Shown here: positions 33,160 through 46,825 of the stretch, piece by piece
How positions within the stretch are numbered: the stretch's first letter is position 1
Layout of the letters: every line of letters begins with the position of its first letter
Origin: Tubulanus polymorphus
Lineage: Eukaryota > Animalia > Nemertea
DNA length: 64,000 bases
Assembly (NCBI RefSeq): GCF_964204645.1
Contig: NC_134030.1
Location: 20,110,210-20,174,209, forward strand
Reading direction: 5' to 3'
The notes under the pieces: model-generated
Database searches by the model: none
What the model saw: only the letters and a program-made list of their open reading frames with translations
Told to the model about the DNA's origin: nothing
Program-made: the position numbers and the translations under genes

Positions 33160-34149
33160 CAGCCACGATGCAATTACTTTACTTTTCGAATTCAGCTCGG
33201 TTGTACACCGATCTTAGTGAAATATATAATTTGCTCCACTCAGCAATTCTGAAATATAGCATTTATTTTCAGCCACAGGCACTTGTCGAAATCGCATATG
33301 ATATTTTTACTCGTTCTGTCATTAGTGTTGGCTCTGACTCAAACGATCAACATCCCAGTAATTACCATCGATCTGTGCTGCAATTCTCAGTTTTTAACGC
33401 GTGGTTATTTCTGTGTCCAATCATATTTTAAAAATACTCGAGTCATTTTCGTTTCGTTCGGGTGGTTTCTGAATATTAATTTTTCGCCGGTTATTACTAC
33501 GCCTGACCCGTACACTGCTTTCGCTTGAAATCGTCTAGATAATTCAGAGGAGTTCTTGAAATCAAATTTAGGATTGATTAAGTTTAGGATCGCCATAGTA
33601 TTAAACATATACCATTCGACGTAGTTGACTGAGCTTCAATCGATTGTGCGAAGATTTCCAAACTAGGAATTATACCAAAACTGCAGGTTTACAGTAATGA
33701 GATTTTAAAAGATTAGAAATCAACAATCGTTTCATTCACCTGAATATTGAATAATTAACGTTTCATGTGATACACTATACGCATCTTCACCCGTCAAGGG
33801 ATTCGAACCCACTCTGCTAAAGCCGTTTCCCGAACCCCTTGACCTCACGAGTCGTTGGAGTCGTTACTAGCCGACCAGAATCAGGTCGGGCCAATCACAG
33901 CGCTTGTTACAAACGACATAAGGCATCTATGGAATTTCCCGGTTAATGGACCAATCAGCGAACACGTAGCGAACGCGGAAGTATTGTCGCGTGTTGATAT
34001 ATGACGTCATGCGCAACAGCGCCAGTAATGAAATCACGCTTCGTGAGGCCAGGGGGCTGGTGGAAGCGAGTTCGGGAGCGATACCGGACCCCTGGCAAGC
34101 GAGGATGCATTATACGCTGATGTATTGCGCGTGACGTTCAATCCGACTC

Positions 34150-34291
34150 CTCCCGACTGGCATTTATCACAGGCTTTGTAGTATCCTTGTTGGTATTCTG
34201 ACATGCGTATTTCTTTTTCGATTTGGAGGCTATGGTTGTTCGATTGGAATTCGGTTAGAATGAGCCTCTGTCTATTGTGGAGATCCGTCAA
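34150..34291 (-). mobile_element. Degenerate LINE ORF2 C-terminal fragment
   Basis: RLILTEFQSNNHSLQIEK...CDKCQSGGVG resembles RLTLCRFRCSAHRLPVEVGR...CQKC in the 63419 ORF. Confidence 0.55.
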
Positions 34292-34890
34292 GCAGCACTT
34301 AAAGCCAAATTTAGCCTAACTCAATTGGTGAAACACCCACCAGTAGAATCGAAGAAGATTTTCGTTTTTGAATGTGATTCCCAAATCAAAGATTTTCCTC
34401 AAAATTCTAATCGTGATCTCATTCAATAGATGACTAACCCGTTTACGAGGGAAATATTTTATTTTTACAATAAACGCTTGATTTGAATAGATATATGGTT
34501 TTGAAAAATGAATAAACGGTGCGTGGATTTTCTGAATCTTTATTGACTAATCAAGTCCTCTTTCACGGATCAAATTTTTATTCTTCAGGAGATCATTTTT
34601 GAATTTGTTATGATTTTGTGACCTGAAGCGCGGTCGTGGAATTTGATGGTGATAATCCAGGCCGAGGACTTAAATCTTAATTCACCTGATTACTAGTTCT
34701 ACAGTTTTCAATTTTGAAATATTGAAAAAAATCAAATTAGGGAATGTACGACCCAGGAACAGCTTTTAGATACTTAGAATCAACGTTTTGTGTTTGATCG
34801 AATGAAAACGTCTGTAGATACGACACGGAGCCTACATTTTCAGAGAAATATATACTTGACTCGCCGCAGTTGATTATCAATGGTTGGAAA

Positions 34891-36495
34891 TTATCGGCCG
34901 CCTGGTCCTATGACTGGACATTGGTTTTCGGATGGGCATGCGCAAGACAATACCATTTTTACCCCGTTTTCCTCGTAGTTTCGATTGGTACAGCAGCGCG
35001 TCCCGGCACTACATGGTTCTCTCGTTTTGATGCACTTGCTTTCCTCGATCTACACGCAATCGGTTGAGGAAGCTTCGCAAGCGATCCTGAAACAGAATAT
35101 GTAACGACAAGCGGATCAAATCCAACCATATAGACGAGAATATTCTATTTTACCGAAGGATGTATGTACACTTAAAACACTATATGCCTTGGGATAATTA
35201 GTCGTCCTAAATAAATGTACGTAACTTTCATATTTTTTTAATGGAGCCATTGATAGCATTAGATAATCAGGGGCGGATCCAGGGGGATGGGTAGACAGTA
35301 TTGGATGGAAATTTAAGGGCACCTTTCTGATCTTAGGGCACACCCAGTATCCAGGTCAGTGCGAGCGCCGAAGGCGCGAAGTCCTTAGAGGGGGGTCTGG
35401 GGGCCCACCCCCAAAAAATTTTGAAAATATGGTACCATTTAAAGGCTTCTAGAGGGCTTTTAGAGGCTAGCAGAGCAATCCAGAATAAACGAATTCGAGA
35501 CAAGATTTCAACAGATGCGGATAAAAAATGAAGCTGGCGAACCCATGAAAGAATAGTTGACGCCAACTTCGCCTAGTGCCCCTATAATCTTTAAAAGTGC
35601 CCCTTAACAATTATACAGAATACGGCTAAGTTGCCCCTTCATTTTTAACAATCGGCAAAAATTGCCTCGTCATTACATTTATCCTTATGTCGTGTGCCAT
35701 GTTCCAAACCAAAAGTGCCCCTAAAATTTTAAAAATTAGGCAAAAAAGTGCCCTTTTCTTCAACATTTTCCGCGTATAGTGCCCTCTTCTGAAGAACGAG
35801 TGCCCCTTTAGCCCTCCATGAAAAGGCAAGGACAAGGTGCCCTCATCTAAAGCATGAGTGCCCCTTGCAAAAGGAAAGTGCCCTTTTTAATTTATCATGA
35901 TTAAAGGCCTTACAAATATGATTATCTCTCCTCACTTTCTCGGCAGCAGTATATACCGATTAATTTTATAATTATGCCCGGATTACGGATACGGAATTAG
36001 CGGTTGCTGAAATAATGCCGTCAAAAATATTGCCGGTGAAATTTCGAAGGGCACTTAAAAATTCTAGACCGTATTGGGCAATACGGCTAATACGGTCTGG
36101 ATCCGCCCCTGATAATATGTAGACGAGAACTACTTATACTTTATATCAATTGCGCAGTTTCTGATATTGTGTAACTGCTAACGGCCCACTTGGCAACTAC
36201 CCAATATTGTAGTTATTACATTTATAGGGTTGTATATCTACTTAATGTTTTGTTACTTACTTAGAAACGTCAATGAACGCCACGAGGATAAGGTTCATCG
36301 CAACGATAGCTGTAATAGAATAACTGAATCTAAATCTCAAAATGCGTAGGGTGTAAACAGCAAGTCAAACTGAGCATAAGAGTGTGTGAAATAAATCTGT
36401 ATCATATTATTGTTTCCTACCGTGTTAAAAGTTCGAAAACTTGCGACCAAAATGTGCTATAGTAGAATTAAAAACTTACCACAAGCGATCTTCAT
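34891..36495 (-). pseudogene. Knottin-like peptide copy 4 with a premature TAG; exons 36495-36480, 36309-36261, 35086-34891
   Basis: MKIACAIVAMNLILVAFIDVSKIAC-EASSTDCV*IEESKCIKTREPCSAGTRCCTNRNYEENGVKMVLSCACPSENQCPVIGPGGR*; TAG at 35050-35052 where copies 1 and 3 have Tyr (TAC); splice sites intact. Confidence 0.85.
35268..36111. mobile_element. Non-autonomous DNA transposon (TIR CAGGGGCGGATCCAG), hAT-like, in intron 2 of peptide copy 4
   Basis: Perfect 15-bp TIRs, ATAAT duplicated on the flanks, internal GTGCCC repeats; absent at the paralogous site in copy 2 (~16885-16905). Confidence 0.85.
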
Positions 36496-39432
36496 GTGTA
36501 AAGTAATGTTCTTCCCTTCCGTCGTTTGATACCAAATCCAATATTTCACGGATATGTCCGCGTTCTGGTATAAATCGAACTAGCAAAAAGATCGATGATC
36601 AATTTCTCTATCGCCACGTTAGGGCAGGTGCATCAATCGATCTAACTGACACATCTAGCCTGTCAACCGAAGCTTGATAGTTTAGTTTTGACTTCCAACG
36701 GCAGGTGCATATATCAGCTACATTTATTTCATAGAATATGCCTATTTCATAGATTTAACCCATTCACCGTATGTTACATTATTCTATCCCTACATTCAAA
36801 CCACTTCATACGAATTGATATTCGCCTATGAATGGCATTATTAAACGCATTTTCAGCAACAACAAGAAGACCAGATACATGTCTCTGCCATATGGCACTT
36901 AAATATTTTCAGTGTGAATGTAGTGTGAAAGAGAGTGTGATTGGGTGTACGAGGGTGGCATGAATATCATATAAACCTTAACAGGTTTCTTCATGTTTCC
37001 CTCCATCTTGAATTTTTGTATTTGTATTACTTTGTACGATTATTATAATTCAAAATGGAAAAATAAAATAACAATTATAATAATAATGTTCCAACCATCA
37101 CTCATTCAGTTCGGAATACTCTGTGATCTTGAGATGAGAATTTGTCCCTCTTATCCCTAATCTTCATATAGAGGTTTAGTTATGGATGGCTTCGTCCACC
37201 GGTCGCGTTTAGCTTATACGCCATAAATCGTGTTTATCAATAAGGGACAAACACATCTTCAGGCAATTTGATGATAGTTTATGTCTACGAGCAATCATTA
37301 CGAGCAGACGATCGATCGTAGGTTATATCGGAGCTGTGAAGGTAGTCAAAAATGTAACATCGGCAAATACGAGGAGAGTTAACCAGATAGGTACCAGCTT
37401 CACCACTTCAACCCACTCGTTCACATTCATGATTCGGAAGTAGAAGTACGGATGATTTATACTGAGTAAAAATTTAAATGTTAAATGTAAATCAAGTGTA
37501 TATACGAAGCACTGAAAATGCACCTGTTTATGATCGACGTAGTTCTGATTCGCAAATCGATCTAAAATATCTATCATTTACTTAAATACATAGTTCCATG
37601 TGTTAACTATCCTCTAAATTCCTATGTAAGATACTGAAGATCGTTTAAAAGCGGCCGTTTAATGGCCGTTCAGGTTTAAATTTTTGAAAATACTATCTTA
37701 GGAGTCCTTTTGTGTAGTTTTTCACAATCGAGTTTTCTGTTTTCTTGTTCTCCCACATAGCGCATTCGTACGGCAGAGTTTTTAGGCGTTTCAGATCAAT
37801 GCGTATATACTGGAAACGATGATAATTCGTTACAGGTTTGTTAGATGTGTTCCATTTCTTCGTTGTTCGTCTGTTCGTTTTTTTGTTCGTATTTTCATGG
37901 ACTCTAAAACTTAGAGTCCGTGGTATTTTCATAGAAAGCCGCGTTGTGGAACATATGATGATCGTAATGAGGCCGACAGTAGACTCAAGACCTTTCGAAA
38001 TAATTCATGATGCTCCACACAATTGATGGTGAGTAGGTTTGTAGTTCATACTGGATATAGAGCACACGTTACATTTGTACGCTCATATTTTTAGGTCATG
38101 CACAACTAGTGCCGCCATCCTGTTAATCAATTCCTGTCCGAACGCGGAAAAGAAACAAAAGCATGAACCCAAAGAAATCCAATAAACAGAAAAAAAAAAC
38201 AATAAGTAATCAGCATTTTCGATTTGGAGTTGGTCAAATTTATTCATCAGCAACAACAGTGTCGTTTAGTTAGATTCTCTTAGCTTACCGCTAGGGGCGC
38301 TAGTGCATACACAAGCCCGGAAATAAGAAAAAATTTTCTTGGACTGATTAAAACAGAATAGGTTAAAAGATTGAATTCGACATGATTATCTCGTAAAGAA
38401 AATCTAAAAGTTGACTCATATGAACCCATATATAGACAGGCGATAACAGACTCCAGGATAAGATATCCTCGCAGTATTTTATGAATTAATTAGCTTACTG
38501 TATTCAACATCACTCTGATGACGATTAAATCGAAGCGATGAAGCTTCTAAGCTACACCACAATTGAATAGTAACGGCGAGTGGCAGGCGGAATGATAGCG
38601 CCCCTAGCGGCAAGGGGGGAACAAATCGTAAAATACAAGTGATTTCTATTTCGTACAAATGATCTGTGCTACGCAGCCGTCTCCGATGCTGCACGGAGCC
38701 GATACTCCACAACCATTAGATCCGATATTTTTTGGAACCACGTTATTTTTTTTGTCCATGTGTTTGCCCCTATTAACAAAAAAAAAAAACGTCACATGTA
38801 TAAATCCAATGAAAAGTAAAAAAACTTTTTACATGAAATCTTAGTTAAATGAGGCCTAAAAAATAACATTAGTTTTTATATTGGTTTATATTGGCGAAAA
38901 TGAACGACGATCAAAAAGTTTTTATGGTAAATTTGTAAAATATTTGACGATTTTCCTTCTTAACGAATACCCCATGTTTAACGCCTCCATAGGCCGAACA
39001 TTAAAAATCCCAGATTGACAGACAGGGGTTTCAGGGTGGAGGAGCCATACCTTTCATTTAAGCCCGGGTGCCAAGCTCTATTCAATAAAAATGCCTTAAG
39101 ATTGATTTCTAGACGCCATACAGCCTGTTGGATAGCTGACTAAATAGAGTTACTTTGAATTTGAATTTAATGAGTATTGAATTGAATTGGATTCGCTTGG
39201 ATACGTCTACTCATTCAATAGAAAATAATTCATGAAATTAAATCAGTTACAAAATGTACGAAAATGTACAGAATTTCATTTGTTATTTAGAAACGCTAAT
39301 ATCGATGACGTAGGGCACATGGAATCACGCAGAAACCCTTGAATAACGCTTAGTAGTTTTTGGAAATGTTTAGAAACATTTTTGTAACGGTTTTCGCGGC
39401 GTGAAAAAAGAGCTATTTTCATTTTGATTGCG

Positions 39433-39790
39433 AGCCTAGCACACATCGACACTGCGATTGGAGACACCTAGTTGCTACCGAACGATTACCCCGCGCACAT
39501 CGAAATCAAGTTACAACCGGTCAGTTGCAGCAACTCCATGGCGCGTGTCGATCGTCGAGATCCAGAGCGCGCACATCGACGGATATGCCTGCGATTGAGT
39601 ACAACCAGTTGCTCAAAAGTAGAACATGGGCAACTGGCTGGAACTGTAGATAGATCGACGCTTATCAATCGTAAGCTCGCTCACATCGACACATTCAAGC
39701 AACTGATCGTATCCAGCCAGTTCCTCTCATGCGCCGAAAACTGCCTTGCAACTAGTTGTCTCCAATCGCAGTGTCGATGTGCGCTAGGCT
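39433..39790. mobile_element. MITE (TIR AGCCTAGCACACATCGACACTGCGATTGGAGAC)
   Basis: ~33-bp near-perfect terminal inverted repeats. Confidence 0.85.
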
Positions 39791-39820
39791 TAAGGCGACT
39801 GAGGTGGTAGCGATACTTAC

Positions 39821-40447
39821 GGATAGTTGTACATACAAAATGCTCGAGTGTAACCGGACGGACAGGTCACAACTGGATTTGCATTCAAACTGCTCGTGAT
39901 AACTTGATGATCATCCTTAGGATCACAGCCGACATAAGCCTGTAATAAGATATGCAACATTTTCATTAGCGTTATCATTTTCAAATATCTACACGATTTA
40001 TATCATCAATTAAAAGATATCCTTTTTAAGGATGATCATTTTGATATTGTCGCCTATTCATTTTTAAAATCGATCACCTGATGATATTCAGACACTTTGT
40101 TAAACGCTTGCGTACAAACAACTTTTTAGAGCTGCGATCTTGTTGGAAGAACTTCTCAGATGTCTTACCCTAACTGGTTTTTTAACATTCATCGTGTGAT
40201 AGGCCGTACACGCAAAGCCGTTGTCAGTGACCAACGCTCCGTCGCATCTGTCGTACTTATCGGGATAACAATAGCAACGCATGACTTTATATCCATTCTT
40301 GCATGTTATCTTGCTCGGGTCATCGTCCTCTAAACCACTTTCATTGCCGGTCCCACCCCAAGCGTGGCCGGTCGCCACGTGCAGAATACCAGACAAGAGC
40401 ATTACTGAAATTAAGTTTACTACAAAGAGTGCATCCTCGTTAACCAT
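39821..40447 (-). CDS. Secreted Cys-rich protein with PCSK9-C-terminal/resistin-like modules; exons 40447-40169, 39939-39821; 3' exon(s) not found
   Basis: Signal peptide (ALFVVNLISVMLLSGILHVATG), then ITCKNGYKVMRCYC...CDGALVTDNGFACTAYH...PVR|AYVGC and a second module VVTCPSGYTRAFC; donors GTAAGA/GTAAGT, acceptor TTACAG. Confidence 0.7.
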
Positions 40448-43400
40448 CCTTGTTATATTGCCGCCCGCTGAAGCTCACGCCAACACAAACCCTGGCCGCA
40501 AACCCTTCATTGGTCTATTACAATCGCCCAGGATTTCTTGGGCGGACAGGTTCTCGCCTAGCGCCCACCAGTCTATACATCTAGCGAATAAGATGCGTCT
40601 TATAAAGTAAACGTCGTGCCGGTAAAAACGCATCTGATTGGCTAGATAGTGGGCGCTGAGCGGGAACCTGCCCCCCCCCCCCTAGAGATCCCGTACCGCG
40701 TTACTTAAACACCGACACCTGTACCGCGGAAACAGAGGTCAGTTGCTGAATTTCGACTTACCAAATATCAAATATCTGGTGAACATTTCAAACTGAAACA
40801 ATTGAAATTTACCATTAATGAAATAAACCCTAATTTGTAAAATAAACGAAGCTAACTCTAAATGAAATAAACTCTAATTTTATGAAAATATTTGATAATG
40901 AAAGGAAGGAAATTTCACTCACGCTTTGACTGATTTTCACGCAGCAAAATCTCCGACCGTTATTCGTGGTATCAGCGAACACAGCTGTGAAACTGCGGTA
41001 GATTTTACTCGTCTTTTATTCACTCGAGTGCAAATGTTTGTGATTGACACCCGCAAACAAAATAAATGACACATGTTGTCGAACGGACTTTTAGGTCTAG
41101 ACATATTTTCACAGAGATTAGAATCTGATATGTTGTTATCGGTAGCGATAGTGGAGAATTTGATGAAGTTATATTTCCCAGCATAATAAATCCATATCGA
41201 GCACTAAACGCCAAATCGTACATCAGCTTTTGATCCAATGATTATTTTAACAATCCATTGACGAGCATAGATTCTGATTTAGATTTTCAATGAATGGGTT
41301 TCGATAATTTCGTTGTGGTTTGCAAACTTAACTATTTGGGATTGCGCGGGATCGCTCATTTCACGTCTCTCATGATATTAGATTATTGTTAAATGACTAA
41401 ATTAACGTGTTTGTATTCAGTCAAATGATGATAAAATTGGTACTCTTTTTATACTCCACCAACTAGGCTCCGTTGGTTTTGAAATCGGTTCTTCAATATT
41501 ATTGGTCGTTGTGCTTCACCGACTTGGTCTGATGTTTTTTTTGCATTAAAGTTGCATCACCAGCTGGCGATATACTTGGATTCTTTTGATATATATATTC
41601 ATATTTTGTTCATGATAAGATCGGTAGAATCTACTCCGATCTAATGAAAAATACCGAGTGAGAATTAGTTCAACGCAATTGAATCTGGAACAATGGTTTT
41701 TACTGCCAAATTGAGATTTGTAAAGTGCTGAAGTTTTAGAGGAATACATTAGATTTCAACTATATGTAAAATGATATGCATGACGTGCATAGAGATATAG
41801 ATATATGTGTTTAAAGAAGGCTTTTACCGGTAGATAAATATACTGATATCAAAAACAGTGCAAATCCACCTGTTGGTGACTGAAGTAAACTCGGTGCTTA
41901 AAGTAAATACGGGTCTGCGTATGTTTATTGTATCCCTCCGAATTTGAATGTGAAATATCGTAGATCGTTTAGTATTGTAACTGCAGCCGTTAGGTCAAAG
42001 TGTTTAGTAGACTTTTAAGGAGTCTATTTTTGCGGGATTGAATTCATCTTTTTACAATAGATCTTTTAACCATCTTGCCGATGTCCCGTTTCGACTCAAA
42101 TTGTTCTTAATTGTAAGATTACTTAATTAGTAAATTTGAAGCTGGGATGCAAAAATGCAGTCGATACAACATTTAAATATGCAAACATTAGAAGGCCTAA
42201 TTGTTTAGTAAATTTTGGTTTAATTGATTAGTAAATTTTTCAATGTAATGCAAATAAATGTTCCGAGATATTGCGCAGGGAAAGTTGTGATTTTCTTGAG
42301 ATCTCATCGTGAAGATTACTGAAAGTCTAGCTTCTTCGCCGAAATCAAAATTACGAATTCTTATCTTCATGATTTTCCTTAAATCGAGTCACCTTTTTGA
42401 ACATTCTTGATAATCACGATGTTTCCAGTTTTTGCCTGACACATACAATCCGTACTTCAAAATTATTTTAAAGGGCCGAAGTAGAATTAACCTCTTCTAA
42501 ATAAATCAATAGCCAATCTCTGATTTGGAAGATGGACTTATTTTGTGAAACAGGCAATTATCTTAGCATTTGCATAATGAAAGAAATTGTTTTGTATCAT
42601 ATCAAATCACAAGATTTCACTTTGTGTATAACTGTACCGTTTGTAAACTCACTCATACGCGGTTTCTATAAATTCTATTCATTGTGGGCTACACCGATAT
42701 AGACCTTATAAATTCACCGCTCCACTGACCACCTATACTGAACGCTGAGTGTGTCGGCTGATATCTGGTCAGACGGTGGTTGTTCGGTGTTAGGAGTGGT
42801 TCGGGTCGCTGTTAATTCAGTAGGATAAAACATAACGTGTTTGTGTAAGTTGAAATTATATTTGAGACCAGGGTGCGATTCAAGAATAGGGGACTATAGC
42901 AATATATATGTAGTGATAGTAATCAATTAAGTAATAATATTAGTAATTGATAATGATGATATATAATGATAGTAATGTATATAGTAATTAATGATGATTA
43001 GGGAACTAAACCTAAACCTAACCCTAATCCTAACCTTAATCCTAACCCTAATCCTAACCACTAGTCCCCTATTCTTGAATCTTACCGAGACGAGTTTCAT
43101 TTATAAATCTACTCGTCGTGCATTCATCGATGATATATTTCGATTATTATTAACAAGATGTGACAACAATCTCATGAAACTACGAGCATTAGTTATAATG
43201 CGCGAGAACTGAATTTATTGGATCGGACGCAGGGAAATCTAGATATTTTTCGACTTATTCAGTTCCATTTTACAACTTAACAATTCAACTGAAATGTCGA
43301 ACTTACGTGGGACTGGGCAAACTTTTTTTCTCGGAATCATTTGCATATAGTCACATGCCAGGGGTGGTCTCGTTTAGATTCTACGAACTGTAAGTATATA

Positions 43401-43620
43401 CGTATTGTTAGTTTGTATTCTGAATGAATTGACAGTTTTACATGCTTTACTGTTTGTGAATTGCTTAATGGTGAAAATGCAATTCCCTGAAACTCTAGTA
43501 GAGTAAAAAGCCCCCAACTCGATGAATTTTGGCCAGCAATCATTTTGTGTTCGACTGAGTTACCTCGTGGGGAATCGAGGCTTTAGACGAGAAGATACAC
43601 AATATCCGTGTATGATGATG

Positions 43621-43857
43621 ACGAGAGAAATCTCACAATAACGAAGCCAAGATTGAAAAATTCTATATCAGAATGATTGTATTTGAGGAACGACGTTTCG
43701 GCTAACAACTGTTAGCCATCATCAGGCTTTTGAGTTTATTCTCAGTACGCCTGATGATGGCTAACAGTTGTTAGCCGAAACGTCGCTCCTCAAATACAAT
43801 CATTCTGATATAGAATTTTATCAATTTTTGGCTTCGTTATTGTGGGATTTCTCTCGT
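43621..43857. mobile_element. ~107-bp-arm palindrome of Penelope-like termini, one hammerhead motif per arm (43689-43729 -, 43749-43786 +)
   Basis: Arms are near-perfect reverse complements; each has CTGATGA-T-GGCTAAC(AGTT)GTTAGCC-GAAA-CGTC. Confidence 0.8.
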
Positions 43858-46825
43858 AATCGAAGTTTGACAATGCCTAAGAATTTTTTCATTCTAATTC
43901 AGAATCATCTTACAGTTTTATGTTTGATTGTGTGGAATACGTTTGTTTTTACTGGGAAATGTTTAAAAATTCTAATACGAATTGATTCTATGATTTGTAG
44001 ATAAAACGAGTTGTTTCTTTTTTGAATTTTTCAAAATACAGTCTAAAAGAATTCGTTTTTGAGTTTTGCATCTCGTACAAGGGGGGAGGGGGGGGGTATT
44101 ATTATCATTATCAATAACTGGGTTGATGGCATCTGTAGGGGGCCCTCACTAATGGGCATCTAACCTATACTCGAATGTTGCTTCTGTAAAAGTTATAATT
44201 AATCATACCAAAATTGTTGTTGATTTCTTTTTCAGCCATTCCTAAGTTTCTTAACGTCTGGACCTGATTGATATGATAGCATTGCCGTGCTTTCTCGACC
44301 AACCTGGACCGATAAACAACACCCGGGATCTATAGCCTGGATGTCACATGCGCAAGGAAAAAATACATAACAGATCGGAATGATCCATAAAGGTGCATTC
44401 GTCAATTGGTGAGTAGACGTTTTAACTGTTTATTGTGTATAGGAAACTTAGGTTAGGTCAGGTTTAAGCTTGTTCTAACATATGGACCCTCGTTACGGCA
44501 AACTCAGATACAATTAACTCTGTGATTTGTGTTTGAGTTCTGGTAAAAATTCATGTTTTTCCGCAAATTGATATTCTATTTTTGCGATGGTTTTAAATTG
44601 TAGAGTTCAGGTTTTACAATTCGGCTTTGGCTGGTTTTGAGTTAAGAGGAGTTCTAATATATTGACCGCACCAAGCAAACTTTTGATGTCCTGAATTTCG
44701 AATGAAATCATGATCAACCTTCTTCTATATCGTACAAACGTACGTGTAGCTATTTGTATCGTAGCAGAAACTTCCGTGAGAAGAGATGAATTTGAAAATT
44801 ATTTCGTAATAAATGATACAATTTCGTATCATTCGCAATAGATGAGACAATATGACGAAAATTAACATTCCAAAAATGTGTAAATATACCATAAATATAT
44901 CGCCATCTGATTGGTCGTAGAAGATTAGTCGGATTATAAGAACGTCGGTCTTTTATTGACGAACAGATTTTTTAAATCACTTGAACGCTTCGAGTTTGAC
45001 TATTTCACGAGATGGGCTCTTATTATAATATCGCCATGATGTAAACAGTTGTTGTCAAGACGAACAGGTATTGGATGTTGAGGATTCGGCGCAAACTTGA
45101 ACGGGTGGTTCTAAAAACGTCCCCTTCACTTATTTACACTTGTCGCAGTTTGCTTTTCTGGAGACTCGGTAGACGAGCTTGGTGGGCACAGGATGGCGCT
45201 CCGGCCCACGGACGAGACTTACTGATAGTTTTTTTTTTGCATTTTGCGATCATCCAGGAGACCACCTCGTTCACCAGACCTACCCCCATTACCATTACAG
45301 TCAACCTCGTTTCAGTCTTAGGCCACATCTGTTCGTATTTCAAATGCAGTAATTAACAGTAAGGCATCTTTTTGATTGGACATAGAATTATTCTCCAAAC
45401 TAAGAAGACCTAAGCGGGTTGATTGTAATGTCTCTGTAACAATTAAGAAATCGAATTAAGCTATGTTTGTGTTGGTCCCCTCTTTAATCTGCAGCGACGA
45501 ATCGGCAACTGTGAGAAAGAAGAGTATTCTCCGAAGAATAATGATGACATCGCTTAAATCGCTTTAGGATTTCTAGTTAAAGTTTGTTAGAATTTGAATA
45601 AAATTCGCGTTGGATACTATTTTGTTCCGTTTCAATTCTGATACTCTAGTCTGATCTGCGACAAGTGTAAATAAGAGTCTCTTTATTCAAACACTTCTTG
45701 TTCAGTCTCAAAAACCTGTAAACCAGTGCAATGCATCGTCCTGGCAAAATTGAATGCCAAGTTTGCTCAGTTCGTCCCGGTCTAATCGTAAGAAATCTGT
45801 TGAGTTGTTAAGAACCACCCTGTAAATGTGGGATGATTTCAGGAAGCTACGCTCATTCGCCGCTTCTGTGAGTAATGACTTCTCTGCTGTTGCTGAGTTC
45901 CAAAAATTCCGTTTCTTGTAGGTAGGTGAAATGTTGTAGGTGAAGTTATCATTCAGCCGTGTGAAATAGTCAAACTTGTGTGAGTTTTGTCGTAACGAGG
46001 GTCCGTTGTATGATGTTTATTGCAGGTATCAGTCCAGCTGTGTATTTGAACCGCACCACTTCCAAGTGTAAAGTCTTTGCAATGACTTTAAGAGGGTGTG
46101 CCGATCAAATGTCAGGTGTTCATTTTTTTGAGTTTAAGTCCGGGCGATCAGAAACTGAAAGCATACTAACAAAGGGACGAATGTTTGAGGGCTTGCGGGC
46201 TCCAGGCTACAGATTGATACCTGCATTGCTAATCGCTGTTGAAAATGGGTCAGTCTAAATCCTATCAGTAACAACCACCTTTTTGTGAAATGTTGACGCG
46301 AGGAATATTTGAAGTTCGCTGATTCTCGACATTAGGTTCGAACCCCACTTAAACCATCTTTAGAATCCGTGCTTTGAAAATTGAAAAGGTTCAAAACTGA
46401 TTGGTCCAGCTCGCATTATTAATTCCTTCGTATGATTAATATCCATTAAAAGAACAAGATAACACTGATGAATAGAAAACTTAATTTTGACTCTGGACTT
46501 ACACTGTACACAATTCAAATAGCACGAATTCTAAATCTAAATCTAATTCTCTTGAATTCCAAATCATTTCAAATTACCCCAAGCTAGTTCGGAATTTGAA
46601 ATTCAATCTATGTCCATGACAAATAGAATATACTTGAATTTTATTGAAAATACCGGTATAAATTAGTTTTACACAAAGCCCGTTATGAAGCCACCCGTAA
46701 TATTATTACACTTGATTTGACTAGGCATCTCGCACATCTTCTCGCCATGAACCAGCGGTATCCTCACTCGGGCGCCCTATAAAATAAACAATATGAACTT
46801 AAGAAAATTAAACTAGCTGAAGCTA

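Noticed and set aside
33785-33850. tRNA-like B-box (GGGTTCGAATCCC on the minus strand)
   Set aside because: No complete cloverleaf could be built; probably a SINE head fragment.
37934-38028. KPRCGTYD resembling an MMP cysteine switch in an exon-like segment
   Set aside because: In-frame stop follows and no other MMP exon was found; may be chance.
42700-42840. Inverted match to ~62800-62935
   Set aside because: Looks like an ordinary dispersed repeat; no coding or structural signal.
43005-43060. (CTAACC/CTAATC)n as interstitial telomere
   Set aside because: Short, impure and inside a small inverted-repeat element (~42880-43085).
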